Part shown: positions 1-8,727 of the stretch, one piece after another | Layout of the letters: each line of letters begins with the position of its first letter | How positions within the stretch are numbered: the first letter of the stretch is position 1 | Origin: a virus | DNA: 64,000 nucleotides | Direction: 5' to 3' (one strand) | IMG/VR virus record: IMGVR_UViG_3300035034_000707 | Coordinates: 1-64,000 of that record | Translations under genes and position numbers: made by a program | Notes under the pieces: model-generated | Database searches by the model: none | What the model was told of the DNA's origin: nothing | What the model saw: the letters and a program-made list of their open reading frames with translations, nothing else

Positions 1-141
1 CCTGTCAGACTTTCGCCGGATGGCACCTATTATATCTGCTCAAGATGCTCAGTAGACTGGAAGCCGGGTATCACCCCCGCCTGCAACGACTGCTCAGAAA
101 TGTGGGAATTGATTGATGCAAACAAGGGGAGAAACCCGTGA
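1..141 (+). CDS. partial hypothetical protein (3' end), CxxC..CxxC Zn-finger-like
   Basis: Frame 1 open from the window edge (..ICSRC..ACNDC..) to TGA 139-141, overlapping the next start. Confidence 0.5.
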   Translation, partial: PVRLSPDGTYYICSRCSVDWKPGITPACNDCSEMWELIDANKGRNP

Positions 142-500
142 CCAGAATAGATAAGTTGCTAGCCGTAGCCATGCACCCTGATAGGTATGGAGACAGTATT
201 GAGATAAAGCAGCTACAGAACGGGGCCTTGACGATCTGCCCCCTCAATGACGACGAACCCGGATGCGACGAAACCCGCCGTATCGTCCTAGATGAAGGGC
301 AGGTAGTCCGGTTGAAAAGCATCTTGCACATGGACCCCTCGGAAGCCGCGACCAAGGTAGCCGCCATGCTGATGGAGCGCCGGGATATGGCTCGAAAGAG
401 GAAACCCACTCAGCAAGAGAAAGAGACGGCAGGGCGTAGGCTGACCATGGCCGTCTTCTGGTTCGCGGTAGGCAGCGGCCTTACGATGTGGTTAGGCTAG
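138..500 (+). CDS. hypothetical protein with C-terminal TM helix
   Basis: ORF with GGAG upstream; hydrophobic C-terminus. Confidence 0.7.
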   Translation: MTRIDKLLAVAMHPDRYGDSIEIKQLQNGALTICPLNDDEPGCDETRRIVLDEGQVVRLKSILHMDPSEAATKVAAMLMERRDMARKRKPTQQEKETAGRRLTMAVFWFAVGSGLTMWLG

Positions 501-523
501 ACCCTTGATCAAAGGGGATAGGC

Positions 524-1438
524 ATGACCAGCTACAAAGAGACGATGCGACTTGAAGCAGAAGCAATACTGGCCGCATCCGAAAGACTAGAAGACTACTA
601 CCCCAAAGCCTTTAACCTCCTGACGACACGGAAGCCGGTGCTATTCTCTGGCATGGGGAAGTCTGGTTTCGTGGCCCAGAAAGCCGCCAGTACGTTCAGG
701 AGCCTCGGGATACCTGCTCACTACGTTCACCCCGCTGACGCCTCACATGGCGATCTAGGGGCCTTCTGCGCGGGCGCTGTTGCAGTCCTGTTGTCCCACT
801 CGGGGGATACACCTGAACTCGGGGACACGATACTCTTCTGTGAGGCCGAAGGCATTCCGATCATAGCCGTGACGGGCAACGGTGACAGCGCTCTGGCGAA
901 AGCCGCTACTGCCCCGATCTGCTATGGCCCCGTGGTCGAAGCCTGCCCGAATGGTCTGGCACCGACGACCTCAACGACCGTGGCCATGTCGATCTGCGAT
1001 GCTCTGGCAGTAGACGCCTCGCGCGGGCGCGCGCTCACGCCTATGGACTTCCGCCGCTATCATCCCGGTGGAAGCCTTGGGAACCGCCTACGGGTGGCAC
1101 GGGACGTAATGCGGTCCCCTGTACCCACGGTGAAGACGACGACCACGATAGGGGAAGCGGCCTTGGCTATGACGGGGCCTGTCTCGGGGATAGCCCTTGT
1201 GCTGGACAGGGGGCGCGTCACGGGGGTCCTAACCGATGGCGACCTACGGCGGGCCGGGATGGGGCGTCCTGCCCTCCTAGCGGGCGCATACGCGAACAGG
1301 CTACCCATCCGAATAGAGGAAACCGCCCGCGTCCCTGACATCGTGGACCTGATGAACAAGGCGCGCGTAACCAAAGTGCTGGTAGAGGATATGCTGGGGG
1401 CAGTCCTCGGGGTAGTGAACCTGCATGACATAACCTAG
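524..1438 (+). CDS. kdsD: KpsF/GutQ-family arabinose-5-phosphate isomerase (SIS + CBS pair)
   Basis: GMGKSG, HPADASHGDLG, SHSGDT, EACPNGLAPTTSTT, HPGGSLG, GVLTDGDLRR motifs. Confidence 0.93.
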   Translation: MTSYKETMRLEAEAILAASERLEDYYPKAFNLLTTRKPVLFSGMGKSGFVAQKAASTFRSLGIPAHYVHPADASHGDLGAFCAGAVAVLLSHSGDTPELGDTILFCEAEGIPIIAVTGNGDSALAKAATAPICYGPVVEACPNGLAPTTSTTVAMSICDALAVDASRGRALTPMDFRRYHPGGSLGNRLRVARDVMRSPVPTVKTTTTIGEAALAMTGPVSGIALVLDRGRVTGVLTDGDLRRAGMGRPALLAGAYANRLPIRIEETARVPDIVDLMNKARVTKVLVEDMLGAVLGVVNLHDIT

Positions 1439-1453
1439 TGCACGTAAGATCAC
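1438..1453. repeat. 16-bp site GTGCACGTAAGATCAC
   Basis: Dispersed motif, upstream of a promoter. Confidence 0.8.
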
Positions 1454-1471
1454 CGATCCTGAAATAAGGGG

Positions 1472-1500
1472 TTGACGAACGGCTAGAGAGTTTCTAGATT
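1472..1500 (+). promoter_or_regulatory. conserved promoter TTGACG-N17-TAGATT
   Basis: Motif family; leader at 1507. Confidence 0.85.
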
Positions 1501-1534
1501 AGGGATACACTACAACCTAACTTGGAGACACCTC

Positions 1535-1738
1535 ATGAAACCTACCCAATACACCGCCCGTAAGTACGATGGCGATTGCCCGAACAGTTGGGCCGTCTTT
1601 ACCAAACTCAGTCTGCGCGGCGTCCGGGCCGGGATCGTATTTTACGGCGATGCCGAACCCGTCATGGTCGGGATGGACCGGTCTGAGGCACAAAGGGTTG
1701 CTACCCGTATGACCAGACAAGCCGCAGAAAAGGGTTGA
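1535..1738 (+). CDS. hypothetical early protein
   Basis: Own promoter, leader and TTGGAG RBS. Confidence 0.75.
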   Translation: MKPTQYTARKYDGDCPNSWAVFTKLSLRGVRAGIVFYGDAEPVMVGMDRSEAQRVATRMTRQAAEKG

Positions 1739-1763
1739 CGAACGCATAGAAGGGGGCTAACCT
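1735..1763 (+). promoter_or_regulatory. conserved promoter TTGACG-N17-TAACCT
   Basis: Motif family; leader at 1770. Confidence 0.85.
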
Positions 1764-1798
1764 ACCCTTACACCACAACCTAACCTTTGGAGACTACC

Positions 1799-2140
1799 AT
1801 GAAACAGAAGCCCTTCACCGCCGCCCAAGGCCGCAAGCTACAGGCGAACTTTGCACACGCCGAAGCCACCGGCGAAAGTGCCGCGCCAGTCGTCAAGTAT
1901 TTCTGCCCTTGGGGTGGTGCTACATGGCTAATTTCAGAATGTGGCCCGGACGGTCGCATGTTCGGCCTTTGCGACCTCGGCCACGGATGCCCAGAACTCG
2001 GCTATGTTATGCTTTCCGATCTGACCGGGCTGCGCGGCCCTGCGGGGCTAACCATCGAACGGGACCTTTATTTCACCGCCGATAAGTCCCTGAGCGAATA
2101 CGCAGAGGAAGCCCGCGCCGCAGGGAGGATCACGGCATGA
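1799..2140 (+). CDS. DUF2958-family protein
   Basis: PVVKYF.P.GGATWL..FGLCDLGHG.PELGYV..IERDLYF pattern; ATG after TTGGAG. Confidence 0.85.
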   Translation: MKQKPFTAAQGRKLQANFAHAEATGESAAPVVKYFCPWGGATWLISECGPDGRMFGLCDLGHGCPELGYVMLSDLTGLRGPAGLTIERDLYFTADKSLSEYAEEARAAGRITA

Positions 2141-2358
2141 ATACGGAAACCCGCACCCCCATCGGTTACTCGGATGCTACAGGCGAGACTGTTTACGACC
2201 CGGCAGACCTTAACTACCGCGCGACAGACTGGTGCGATGTATGTCGCACTCGGGCGGAAGGGGTTATGTACCACGCCGCTGGCGCGACCGGGCGCGTATG
2301 CGCAGTCCTCTTTATCTGCGACCCATGCGATGCCCCCCAACAGGAGGATCAAGCGTGA
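2137..2358 (+). CDS. hypothetical protein (Cys motifs)
   Basis: ATGA-coupled ORF, GGAGG RBS. Confidence 0.6.
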   Translation: MNTETRTPIGYSDATGETVYDPADLNYRATDWCDVCRTRAEGVMYHAAGATGRVCAVLFICDPCDAPQQEDQA

Positions 2359-2684
2359 CAGACACGATCAACTACTTCGAAGAACTGGAAGCCCTACGGC
2401 TGGCCTACCCTGATCTGACCCGCAACACGCACGGCTATGAGAACATCGACCCGGACGTGTTCGCCGCTAACGCAGAGGGGGTCGCCAAGATCGAAGCCCT
2501 CTTGAAGCAGGCGGTGAGCGGCTTCGTCCGGTTCCAGAATTTCAAGCCCCGCAAAGACGGCACTTTCGATATCCGGTGCCAGACGCGCTGGGCCGCTCAT
2601 TTTACCGGCGTCAGCTATTTCCCGATGGAGAACTTCACACCGGGCCACCCCTCTTGGACAGAAAACAAGGAACCTCAGCTATGA
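2355..2684 (+). CDS. hypothetical protein
   Basis: GTG start after GGAGG, overlapping the upstream stop. Confidence 0.7.
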   Translation: MTDTINYFEELEALRLAYPDLTRNTHGYENIDPDVFAANAEGVAKIEALLKQAVSGFVRFQNFKPRKDGTFDIRCQTRWAAHFTGVSYFPMENFTPGHPSWTENKEPQL

Positions 2685-2944
2685 GGACGATACACAAATA
2701 CCCGATCAAGTTGGTATTCGACGTTCAGACGATTGACATGCCTATATCGGCCAAGGTCCTACACTTTGCCGAACATATAAACGGCCTCTGGCTATGGGTT
2801 GAACTGGACGACGAAGCCCCGGTCAATCCCCGCCACTTCCAAGTGATAGGGACGGGGGGGAAAGTCCCCGGCAAGTCTAGGCATGTTGCCACGATCCTAG
2901 ACGGCTCATTAGTCTGGCATCTGTATGAGAAGGAGAACCACTGA
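2681..2944 (+). CDS. small phage protein (DUF7352-like)
   Basis: TIHKYP..LWVELD..VIGTG..HVAT..LVWHLY pattern. Confidence 0.65.
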   Translation: MRTIHKYPIKLVFDVQTIDMPISAKVLHFAEHINGLWLWVELDDEAPVNPRHFQVIGTGGKVPGKSRHVATILDGSLVWHLYEKENH

Positions 2945-3246
2945 TGACAAAGCGAAACCCTGAAATCAACCGCTCCGATCTGGTGCTAAATACCCGGATC
3001 AGCAACCGGCTTCAACGCATAGCCCGCATGATCGAAAAGGAACTGGAAAAGGCCGGGGCTGACAAAGACCGTGTTTCGTTTTCCCTCCTGATCTGGGGGC
3101 CGGGCCGGATGCAGTATTGTTCCAACGCCGAACGCTCGGACGTGCGGAACGCCATGCAGGAAATGGTGACTAAGTGGGACAAGGACGGGGAAGACCTCGG
3201 GCCTGTCCGCCTGCCCCTCGGTGGCTTCGGGCGGGGGGATCACTGA
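2944..3246 (+). CDS. hypothetical protein
   Basis: TGATG coupling, AAGGAG RBS. Confidence 0.7.
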   Translation: MTKRNPEINRSDLVLNTRISNRLQRIARMIEKELEKAGADKDRVSFSLLIWGPGRMQYCSNAERSDVRNAMQEMVTKWDKDGEDLGPVRLPLGGFGRGDH

Positions 3247-3554
3247 TGCTTAATCCAGATAAGCCAAAGGTTATGATGGACGAAATCACCTATGAGGACG
3301 GCGTGACGTTCAAGAAGGGGGATAAGGTCAGGCACAGGTATCGGGGCTACCACGGCCACGTCATAGGTATCCTAGTCAGGAAGTCCTACACCCCGAGTAT
3401 CTGCGTGAAACCCATCGCGGAAGAGTACGCCATAAGCGGCAGTCACGGGAACATGAACCCCCTTCCCGTTGAGTCAGAGGGGAAGACCAGAAGCCGTTGG
3501 GTAAAGGTGGAGGATACCAGCCTGCAAAGCCCCACATCGAAGGATGAATTCTGA
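3246..3554 (+). CDS. hypothetical protein
   Basis: TGATG coupling. Confidence 0.6.
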   Translation: MLNPDKPKVMMDEITYEDGVTFKKGDKVRHRYRGYHGHVIGILVRKSYTPSICVKPIAEEYAISGSHGNMNPLPVESEGKTRSRWVKVEDTSLQSPTSKDEF

Positions 3555-3751
3555 TGCCGATATCAGTCAAACCCGGGGGCTGTGAAGAGTATGCCCATAT
3601 CCCCTGCAACAAGCCCGCCACAACCCTGATAGGCTGGCCCGACAGGGGGGAAGGCCCTTACCGAATGTGTGATGCCTGCGCGTGGCATAATATAAAAAAC
3701 CGCAACGCCGAAGACCTAGGCCCCTATACCCGGACAAAGGAAAAACCATGA
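3554..3751 (+). CDS. hypothetical Cys-rich protein
   Basis: TGATG coupling; C..C and CDAC motifs. Confidence 0.6.
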   Translation: MPISVKPGGCEEYAHIPCNKPATTLIGWPDRGEGPYRMCDACAWHNIKNRNAEDLGPYTRTKEKP

Positions 3752-4389
3752 GCAATACCAGCCTCTACACAATCAGAGCCATCCAGATAAAGGACCGTCT
3801 GGCGGACCTCATACCGGGCGTGAACATCCCCGCCGGGAAACGTGAGACGGCCTATATTGACCAGATTGTAATCACCGAAAACGAAGTGCACTTCGCCAAT
3901 ATCCACCTCATTATAAACAATCAGGGCTATCGCGCGGTCGCGCCCGGGACCTATACCCGGCTGGTAGCAGACGGCAAACTCCAAATGACCGATACGCCAG
4001 CAGAGAAAATGGATCACGCCTATGTCGTCAAGCAGGCTACCGGCTCCTGCCTACTCATGGGGCTGGGTATCGGGATGGTCGCCTCGGCTATGGCACGGAA
4101 GCCGGAAGTCACCGATATCACCGTGATCGAACGGAACCCGGACGTGATTGACCTCGTGGCCCCACACCTTGATCCTAAGATCACCGTGATCGAAGCGGAC
4201 GCCATGACATGGGAACCGCCGAAGGGAAAGAAGTGGGAAATCATCTGGCATGACATCTGGCCTTCGATCTGCTTGGACGACTGCGAAGCCAGAACCAAGC
4301 TATCCCGCAGATACGCGCGCCGCTGGACGGTCTACCATGGCGCATGGGCCAAGGACGAAATCCGACGCCAGCAGAGTAGAAGCTATTAG
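3748..4389 (+). CDS. class I SAM-dependent methyltransferase/spermidine-synthase-like protein
   Basis: LLMGLGIG motif I, ITVIE, EADA, HDIW. Confidence 0.75.
   Translation: MSNTSLYTIRAIQIKDRLADLIPGVNIPAGKRETAYIDQIVITENEVHFANIHLIINNQGYRAVAPGTYTRLVADGKLQMTDTPAEKMDHAYVVKQATGSCLLMGLGIGMVASAMARKPEVTDITVIERNPDVIDLVAPHLDPKITVIEADAMTWEPPKGKKWEIIWHDIWPSICLDDCEARTKLSRRYARRWTVYHGAWAKDEIRRQQSRSY
4169..4184. repeat. 16-bp site TTGATCCTAAGATCAC
   Basis: Dispersed motif, intragenic. Confidence 0.65.
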
Positions 4390-4393
4390 CCTC

Positions 4394-4409
4394 GTGATCT
4401 TACGTTCAC
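4394..4409. repeat. 16-bp site GTGATCTTACGTTCAC
   Basis: 7 nt before a -35 box. Confidence 0.8.
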
Positions 4410-4416
4410 TAGAGGG

Positions 4417-4445
4417 TTGACGAACGGTTCTTTAGGGGGTAGATT
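4417..4445 (+). promoter_or_regulatory. conserved promoter TTGACG-N17-TAGATT
   Basis: Motif family; leader at 4452. Confidence 0.85.
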
Positions 4446-4481
4446 GATAGCACACCACAACATCAACCCTTGGAGATTAAG

Positions 4482-4703
4482 ATGAAAACCGAAACAACGC
4501 TCCGCTTCAAAGACCCTAACGCCAACGTCGATGCAGCTATGAAGGCCCTTACAGAAAGCTATGGCATCGACTTGAAAGGCCGTTTGCTCGGGGGCTTCTA
4601 CTTCGAAACCGACATGCAACCCGCCGATATACTTGATGCGCTGGCCACAGAGGGTTTCAACTTCACCGACTTGGACAACATCGAATTCAAGCCGGTTACC
4701 TAA
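4482..4703 (+). CDS. hypothetical early protein
   Basis: Own promoter and leader. Confidence 0.75.
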   Translation: MKTETTLRFKDPNANVDAAMKALTESYGIDLKGRLLGGFYFETDMQPADILDALATEGFNFTDLDNIEFKPVT

Positions 4704-4728
4704 TTCACCACAAACCTTGGAGACAATT

Positions 4729-5076
4729 ATGGAATACTTCCGCAAATCACACTTCACCTACTCGGGTGGCTACCTCGGCTATATCAGGCAGGACGGCTCC
4801 CACGTTTTCATCGCGCGCTTCAAGCGGGTGGCAGACTCGAAAGGTCCGTGGATCACGGCGCTGGTCAAGAGTTGGACAGTCGATGAATACCTTGAGGCGG
4901 TCAAAGCCTCTAGCCCCCTCCGGGCGATGGAAACAAAGGGCTTCATGCTTACTCACATCAAACGACGCTTGCGGGAACGGGGATATCCGGTCACCCGCTC
5001 GGGGTTCGAACAGATGCTCACCGATCAAATCGAAAGGTCCTATGCGGCCCTGAAATCACAGGGGGTAATCGGGTAA
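4729..5076 (+). CDS. hypothetical early protein
   Basis: Leader CACCACAAACCTTGGAGA then ATG. Confidence 0.75.
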   Translation: MEYFRKSHFTYSGGYLGYIRQDGSHVFIARFKRVADSKGPWITALVKSWTVDEYLEAVKASSPLRAMETKGFMLTHIKRRLRERGYPVTRSGFEQMLTDQIERSYAALKSQGVIG

Positions 5077-5387
5077 TGGCGGTCACGATCCGAACGCGGG
5101 AACAGGCTACCCCGGATGAACCAGAGAAGGCCCCCCGACAGATGGGGGTCCACCTACTCGCCACCCCGGCAGAACTGGCTATCGTTTCCAGTCAGACGCA
5201 CAGTATCAGCGCCGCCCTCTGCGGCCCTAAAGGCCAAGGCAACGAAACCAACTTTAGGAACGCTGCCATTACCTGCCCAAGATGCCTGCACTATATGAGC
5301 CACGCCCTGCGGATAGACCTAACAGACCCGCAGAGAGCGATCTTAGATGCAGAAGGGTTCCCCGCGCGGGATACCCCTACCCCATAG
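5076..5387 (+). CDS. hypothetical protein
   Basis: TAATG coupling; CPRC motif. Confidence 0.6.
   Translation: MAVTIRTREQATPDEPEKAPRQMGVHLLATPAELAIVSSQTHSISAALCGPKGQGNETNFRNAAITCPRCLHYMSHALRIDLTDPQRAILDAEGFPARDTPTP
5337..5352. repeat. 16-bp site (degenerate) GCGATCTTAGATGCAG
   Basis: Intragenic, outer mismatches. Confidence 0.5.
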
Positions 5388-5475
5388 TCAGAGTGGTGTC
5401 TGACTGGTCCGCTGCGGCGGGCAACGCGCTCTCGGGGTCCAAGGCCCGGGGGCGCACTTTATTTAGGAGAACGGT

Positions 5476-5667
5476 ATGAACCACGAACGCATCCCCTTCC
5501 GACTTCTTGCAATGGAGTGCTGCGGTACAATACTATGTCATGTGAACCACCGCTTCCCGTCCTACTGCTCCAACTGCGGGGTTTCGGTCTACCCTCAGGT
5601 CAAGGGGTGGTCCTTGGTCAACGACCCGGAAGCCTTCCTGACCTATGATGAAACCAAACTCACATGA
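5476..5667 (+). CDS. hypothetical Zn-ribbon protein
   Basis: AGGAG RBS; CCG..CSNCG. Confidence 0.6.
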   Translation: MNHERIPFRLLAMECCGTILCHVNHRFPSYCSNCGVSVYPQVKGWSLVNDPEAFLTYDETKLT

Positions 5668-5691
5668 CAGCCGAACGAATGAGGTAGCGAA

Positions 5692-5707
5692 GTGAACGTA
5701 AGATCAC
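5692..5707. repeat. 16-bp site GTGAACGTAAGATCAC
   Basis: Starts at a GTG start codon. Confidence 0.8.
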
Positions 5708-6387
5708 CAGACTTCTACCGGATCAACATTAAGGCGGCTTGGCAACTGGTCTCCACTTCCGACAAGGAAATGGGTATGACCGCCTACCCCACCTATAATG
5801 CCACCCTGCGGGGGCTATCCGACTTTTACGAAACGGGCTTTATACCGACCGTTGAAGCCTTTGTAGCCCTCTCACCTAACAACGATTATCATGGCAACCT
5901 AAGGTCCCTTGTATCGCTCCTGCGGGCCTATCAGCAGGGGCATAACTTTGACGACTGTGTAATCAGCACCTATCGCGCCTGCGGCACCCGCGCGTGGGGC
6001 TACCTCTCGGGGGAAGTCTCATTCTTGGATAAGGTCAAGGGGCGCAAGATAACCAGCTTCCGTGACAATATCCTGTACCTCGACCAGAGCCGCCGGGTTA
6101 CAGTAGACGGCCACATGATTGCTATCGCTCTGGGGTCCTCAAACATGACGATGTCCGAAGCCAATCTGGCCCTCCGGTCCACGACGATATACGACGATGT
6201 AGAGAACGCCGTTATGGCCCTTGCGCGGCAAGAGGGGACATCCCCCTGCGCGGTGCAGGCTATTCTCTGGACATGGCGGAAGAGGACCCTTGGGATCAAG
6301 ATGGACACGCAGATGGACCTCTTCACTGGGAAGACCAGATGGGACGGTGTTATCCCCCCCGAAGAAATAATGCCATATAAGGGTTGA
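5692..6387 (+). CDS. DUF7178-like protein (DNA glycosylase-like fold, tentative)
   Basis: ALSPNN..N, K...F..NI, VTVDGH, QAILW pattern. Confidence 0.55.
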   Translation: MNVRSPDFYRINIKAAWQLVSTSDKEMGMTAYPTYNATLRGLSDFYETGFIPTVEAFVALSPNNDYHGNLRSLVSLLRAYQQGHNFDDCVISTYRACGTRAWGYLSGEVSFLDKVKGRKITSFRDNILYLDQSRRVTVDGHMIAIALGSSNMTMSEANLALRSTTIYDDVENAVMALARQEGTSPCAVQAILWTWRKRTLGIKMDTQMDLFTGKTRWDGVIPPEEIMPYKG

Positions 6388-6412
6388 CGAACGGTTCTTT
6401 AGGGGGTAGGTT
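6384..6412 (+). promoter_or_regulatory. conserved promoter TTGACG-N17-TAGGTT
   Basis: Motif family; leader at 6419. Confidence 0.85.
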
Positions 6413-6448
6413 ATGACTACACCACGACCTAAACCTTGGAGACACCTC

Positions 6449-6658
6449 ATGGACCGCATCACAGAACTTCAAACCCTCTACGCCTCATACGCCCCAGACC
6501 TGCTGACGGAAATGTATCAAATCGCTCAAGCCGATCTGGCGGAAGTAAAACAGCGTAGCCGCTCGGGCCTCGCGTCCTCCGGCGAACTCCGGGACGCGCG
6601 GAACGATTTTCAAGCGATGCGCGGCCTGATGGCCCGCCTAGAGCGCGGCGCAATCTAA
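6449..6658 (+). CDS. hypothetical early protein
   Basis: Own promoter and leader; ATG after TTGGAG. Confidence 0.75.
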   Translation: MDRITELQTLYASYAPDLLTEMYQIAQADLAEVKQRSRSGLASSGELRDARNDFQAMRGLMARLERGAI

Positions 6659-6681
6659 GCCCACAATTCAGGAGACAGAGT

Positions 6682-6837
6682 ATGGAAACCCTCGTAAACA
6701 TGACCACCGCAAAGACCGAACACGTCAACACCCTTATGAACTTTATGGAACAGAACCAGATATTGGTTCCGGCCCTCGCCATCGCAGCGGTTCTTGTCGC
6801 GGTCAACTTTTTCCTCAAAGTCTGCTTTCCCGAGTAA
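6682..6837 (+). CDS. small membrane protein (51 aa)
   Basis: AGGAG RBS; one hydrophobic helix; below the ORF-track cutoff. Confidence 0.55.
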   Translation: METLVNMTTAKTEHVNTLMNFMEQNQILVPALAIAAVLVAVNFFLKVCFPE

Positions 6838-6870
6838 CAGGTAGAGCCGTCACCCGTCCTTGGCAGAAAA

Positions 6871-6886
6871 GTGATCTTACGATCAT
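6871..6886. repeat. 16-bp site GTGATCTTACGATCAT
   Basis: 7 nt before a -35 box. Confidence 0.8.
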
Positions 6887-6893
6887 TTAGGTG

Positions 6894-6922
6894 TTGACGA
6901 ACGGCTAGAAGGGGACTAACCT
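6894..6922 (+). promoter_or_regulatory. conserved promoter TTGACG-N17-TAACCT
   Basis: Motif family; leader at 6929. Confidence 0.85.
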
Positions 6923-6955
6923 ACTCTTACACCACAACCAGCCTTGGAGGCTCAG

Positions 6956-7264
6956 ATGTCCTACGCACCTCACACAAACGACCGCAGGAACCCAGAAGTC
7001 GATCCCATTATTCAGGGCGCTTTCAGGGAAGTCGATCACGGCGGGCTTTTCGAATTCGCAATTCGGATGCCCCAGCACTTCGGGACTTGGGCAGGGGGTT
7101 TCAACCAGATCGTCTATGTTGGAACCGGCGGCTATCGCCTAGCGCGCGTCCTCAAGACGGTGGCCTATATCGTCGTGGACGAAGACGTGGATGGCCAGCC
7201 GGTCACCGAGAAATGGTTTATCAAGGACCACCGCGCCTACGATATCTCGGGCTTTACCGTATGA
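6956..7264 (+). CDS. hypothetical early protein
   Basis: Own promoter and leader. Confidence 0.75.
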   Translation: MSYAPHTNDRRNPEVDPIIQGAFREVDHGGLFEFAIRMPQHFGTWAGGFNQIVYVGTGGYRLARVLKTVAYIVVDEDVDGQPVTEKWFIKDHRAYDISGFTV

Positions 7265-7497
7265 ATTTCAAAGCCACCCCCAAGGCCCTTGCCCTCAACG
7301 AAGAGGATATCAGGCCAGTCACCAACTGGACCCTCCGGCGGAACCGCTATCGGTTGCCCACGCCGGAAGAGGCCCAGAAGATAGGGGTTGGCACGGACTA
7401 TCCATCGACCGTTTCAGTCGTCAACGATGAAGGGCTTTTCTTTATCAATGACGGCGCAACGATCCACGTTTTCACCACAGCCGAACTCGGCATTTAA
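7261..7497 (+). CDS. hypothetical protein
   Basis: ATGA coupling. Confidence 0.6.
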   Translation: MNFKATPKALALNEEDIRPVTNWTLRRNRYRLPTPEEAQKIGVGTDYPSTVSVVNDEGLFFINDGATIHVFTTAELGI

Positions 7498-7509
7498 ACA
7501 GGAGGCGTT

Positions 7510-8046
7510 ATGCCCCAGACCTTGGAATTTCTCGTTTCACCCGAAGCTGCTGCCCTTCGAATGTTAGAGCGCAAGCCCGCGTATGTTGCTCATGTGGAAC
7601 TGGCGGCAGGCGGCTATGTGGAAATGGACGCAGCTAGCCGTGATGCCGCCTACAACCTCGCTCAGACGATCATCAACTCATGGGACGGTGCGGTATGCGT
7701 TTCAGTCCGCAAGGTCAAAGGGGATGGCTCTCTGAGCCACGGAGGGCGGCTCTATATGGAGAACACGGGGCATAGCAGTTTTACACGCCCACGCCCCGAC
7801 CAGATTGGCACCTACCATCACCTGCGCCCTGATGGCACAACGTCCCCAAAGGTCAGGAAGCGGTTTCGGATCAAGAGCGTTGGGTTCTCCATTGCCACGG
7901 CTTACTACACGAAAGACGGTGACCCCGATGGTCCCTTCGAAACCGAAGCATCCAGTTTCATATGGTTGTTTAGAGACGGCCCGAACAAGTGCCACATATG
8001 GCTGGGCCACCCCCTCCGCCCTCGCCAAGACCCTCAGGAAGGCTGA
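7510..8046 (+). CDS. hypothetical protein
   Basis: AGGAGG RBS. Confidence 0.7.
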   Translation: MPQTLEFLVSPEAAALRMLERKPAYVAHVELAAGGYVEMDAASRDAAYNLAQTIINSWDGAVCVSVRKVKGDGSLSHGGRLYMENTGHSSFTRPRPDQIGTYHHLRPDGTTSPKVRKRFRIKSVGFSIATAYYTKDGDPDGPFETEASSFIWLFRDGPNKCHIWLGHPLRPRQDPQEG

Positions 8047-8152
8047 TAGCCCAGACTTCCCACGCACTGGTTTAACTTGCCCATTGCCTGATACCAGCCC
8101 CTGTCTTATGGTGACGCCAAACAATGTCATACCCATAAGTTAGGGGACCCTC

Positions 8153-8608
8153 ATGTCCAGCAGGTTGATAGAGCGTATCGAAAGGCTTCAAGTCTTGGCC
8201 GCAACGCTAGCGGAAGAACTCCACAAAAATGAAGACCTGAGCGACCGGGAACAGTTCCGCAAATTCGATCAGGATAAGCGGCTGGTATATGCGGAAGTCT
8301 ATCTGCCTGACGTAGAAGACGCGCACGGCCACTCCATGACGGCGGTGGAAATCGAAAAGATGGCCCACGGTTTTCTCAAGAGCCGCCGCACAACCTCTAT
8401 CGACGTAAACCACGACAATGATATTGGCTATGGCTGCTACATGGTCGAAAGTTTTATCGCCTCCGAAACTGATCCAGTATATGCACCCGGCGCTTGGGTC
8501 GGTGTCGTCAAGATAGAAAACGATGAAGTGTGGGCCAAGATCAAAAATGGTGAGATTACGGGCTTCTCATTCGAAGGCATGGGCTACCTTGTGGAAACAG
8601 AAGACTAA
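8153..8608 (+). CDS. XkdF-like prohead protease core
   Basis: LVYAEVY.PD..DAHG..EIEKMAHGF..IDVNH..VESF..GAWV..IKNGEITGFS. Confidence 0.85.
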   Translation: MSSRLIERIERLQVLAATLAEELHKNEDLSDREQFRKFDQDKRLVYAEVYLPDVEDAHGHSMTAVEIEKMAHGFLKSRRTTSIDVNHDNDIGYGCYMVESFIASETDPVYAPGAWVGVVKIENDEVWAKIKNGEITGFSFEGMGYLVETED

Positions 8609-8623
8609 GATTATTTATGTCCC

Positions 8624-8652
8624 TTGACCCGTGATCTTACGTGCACTAATGT
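8624..8652 (+). promoter_or_regulatory. promoter TTGACC-N17-TAATGT with the 16-bp site filling the spacer
   Basis: Spacer is C + GTGATCTTACGTGCAC (8631-8646). Confidence 0.7.
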
Positions 8653-8727
8653 CACGGACACAACTTCGACGCAGGAAGGATGCCTTCGTCTCGCAGCAGA
8701 TTATAGTGGCGAAACTGGAAGGCGCAC

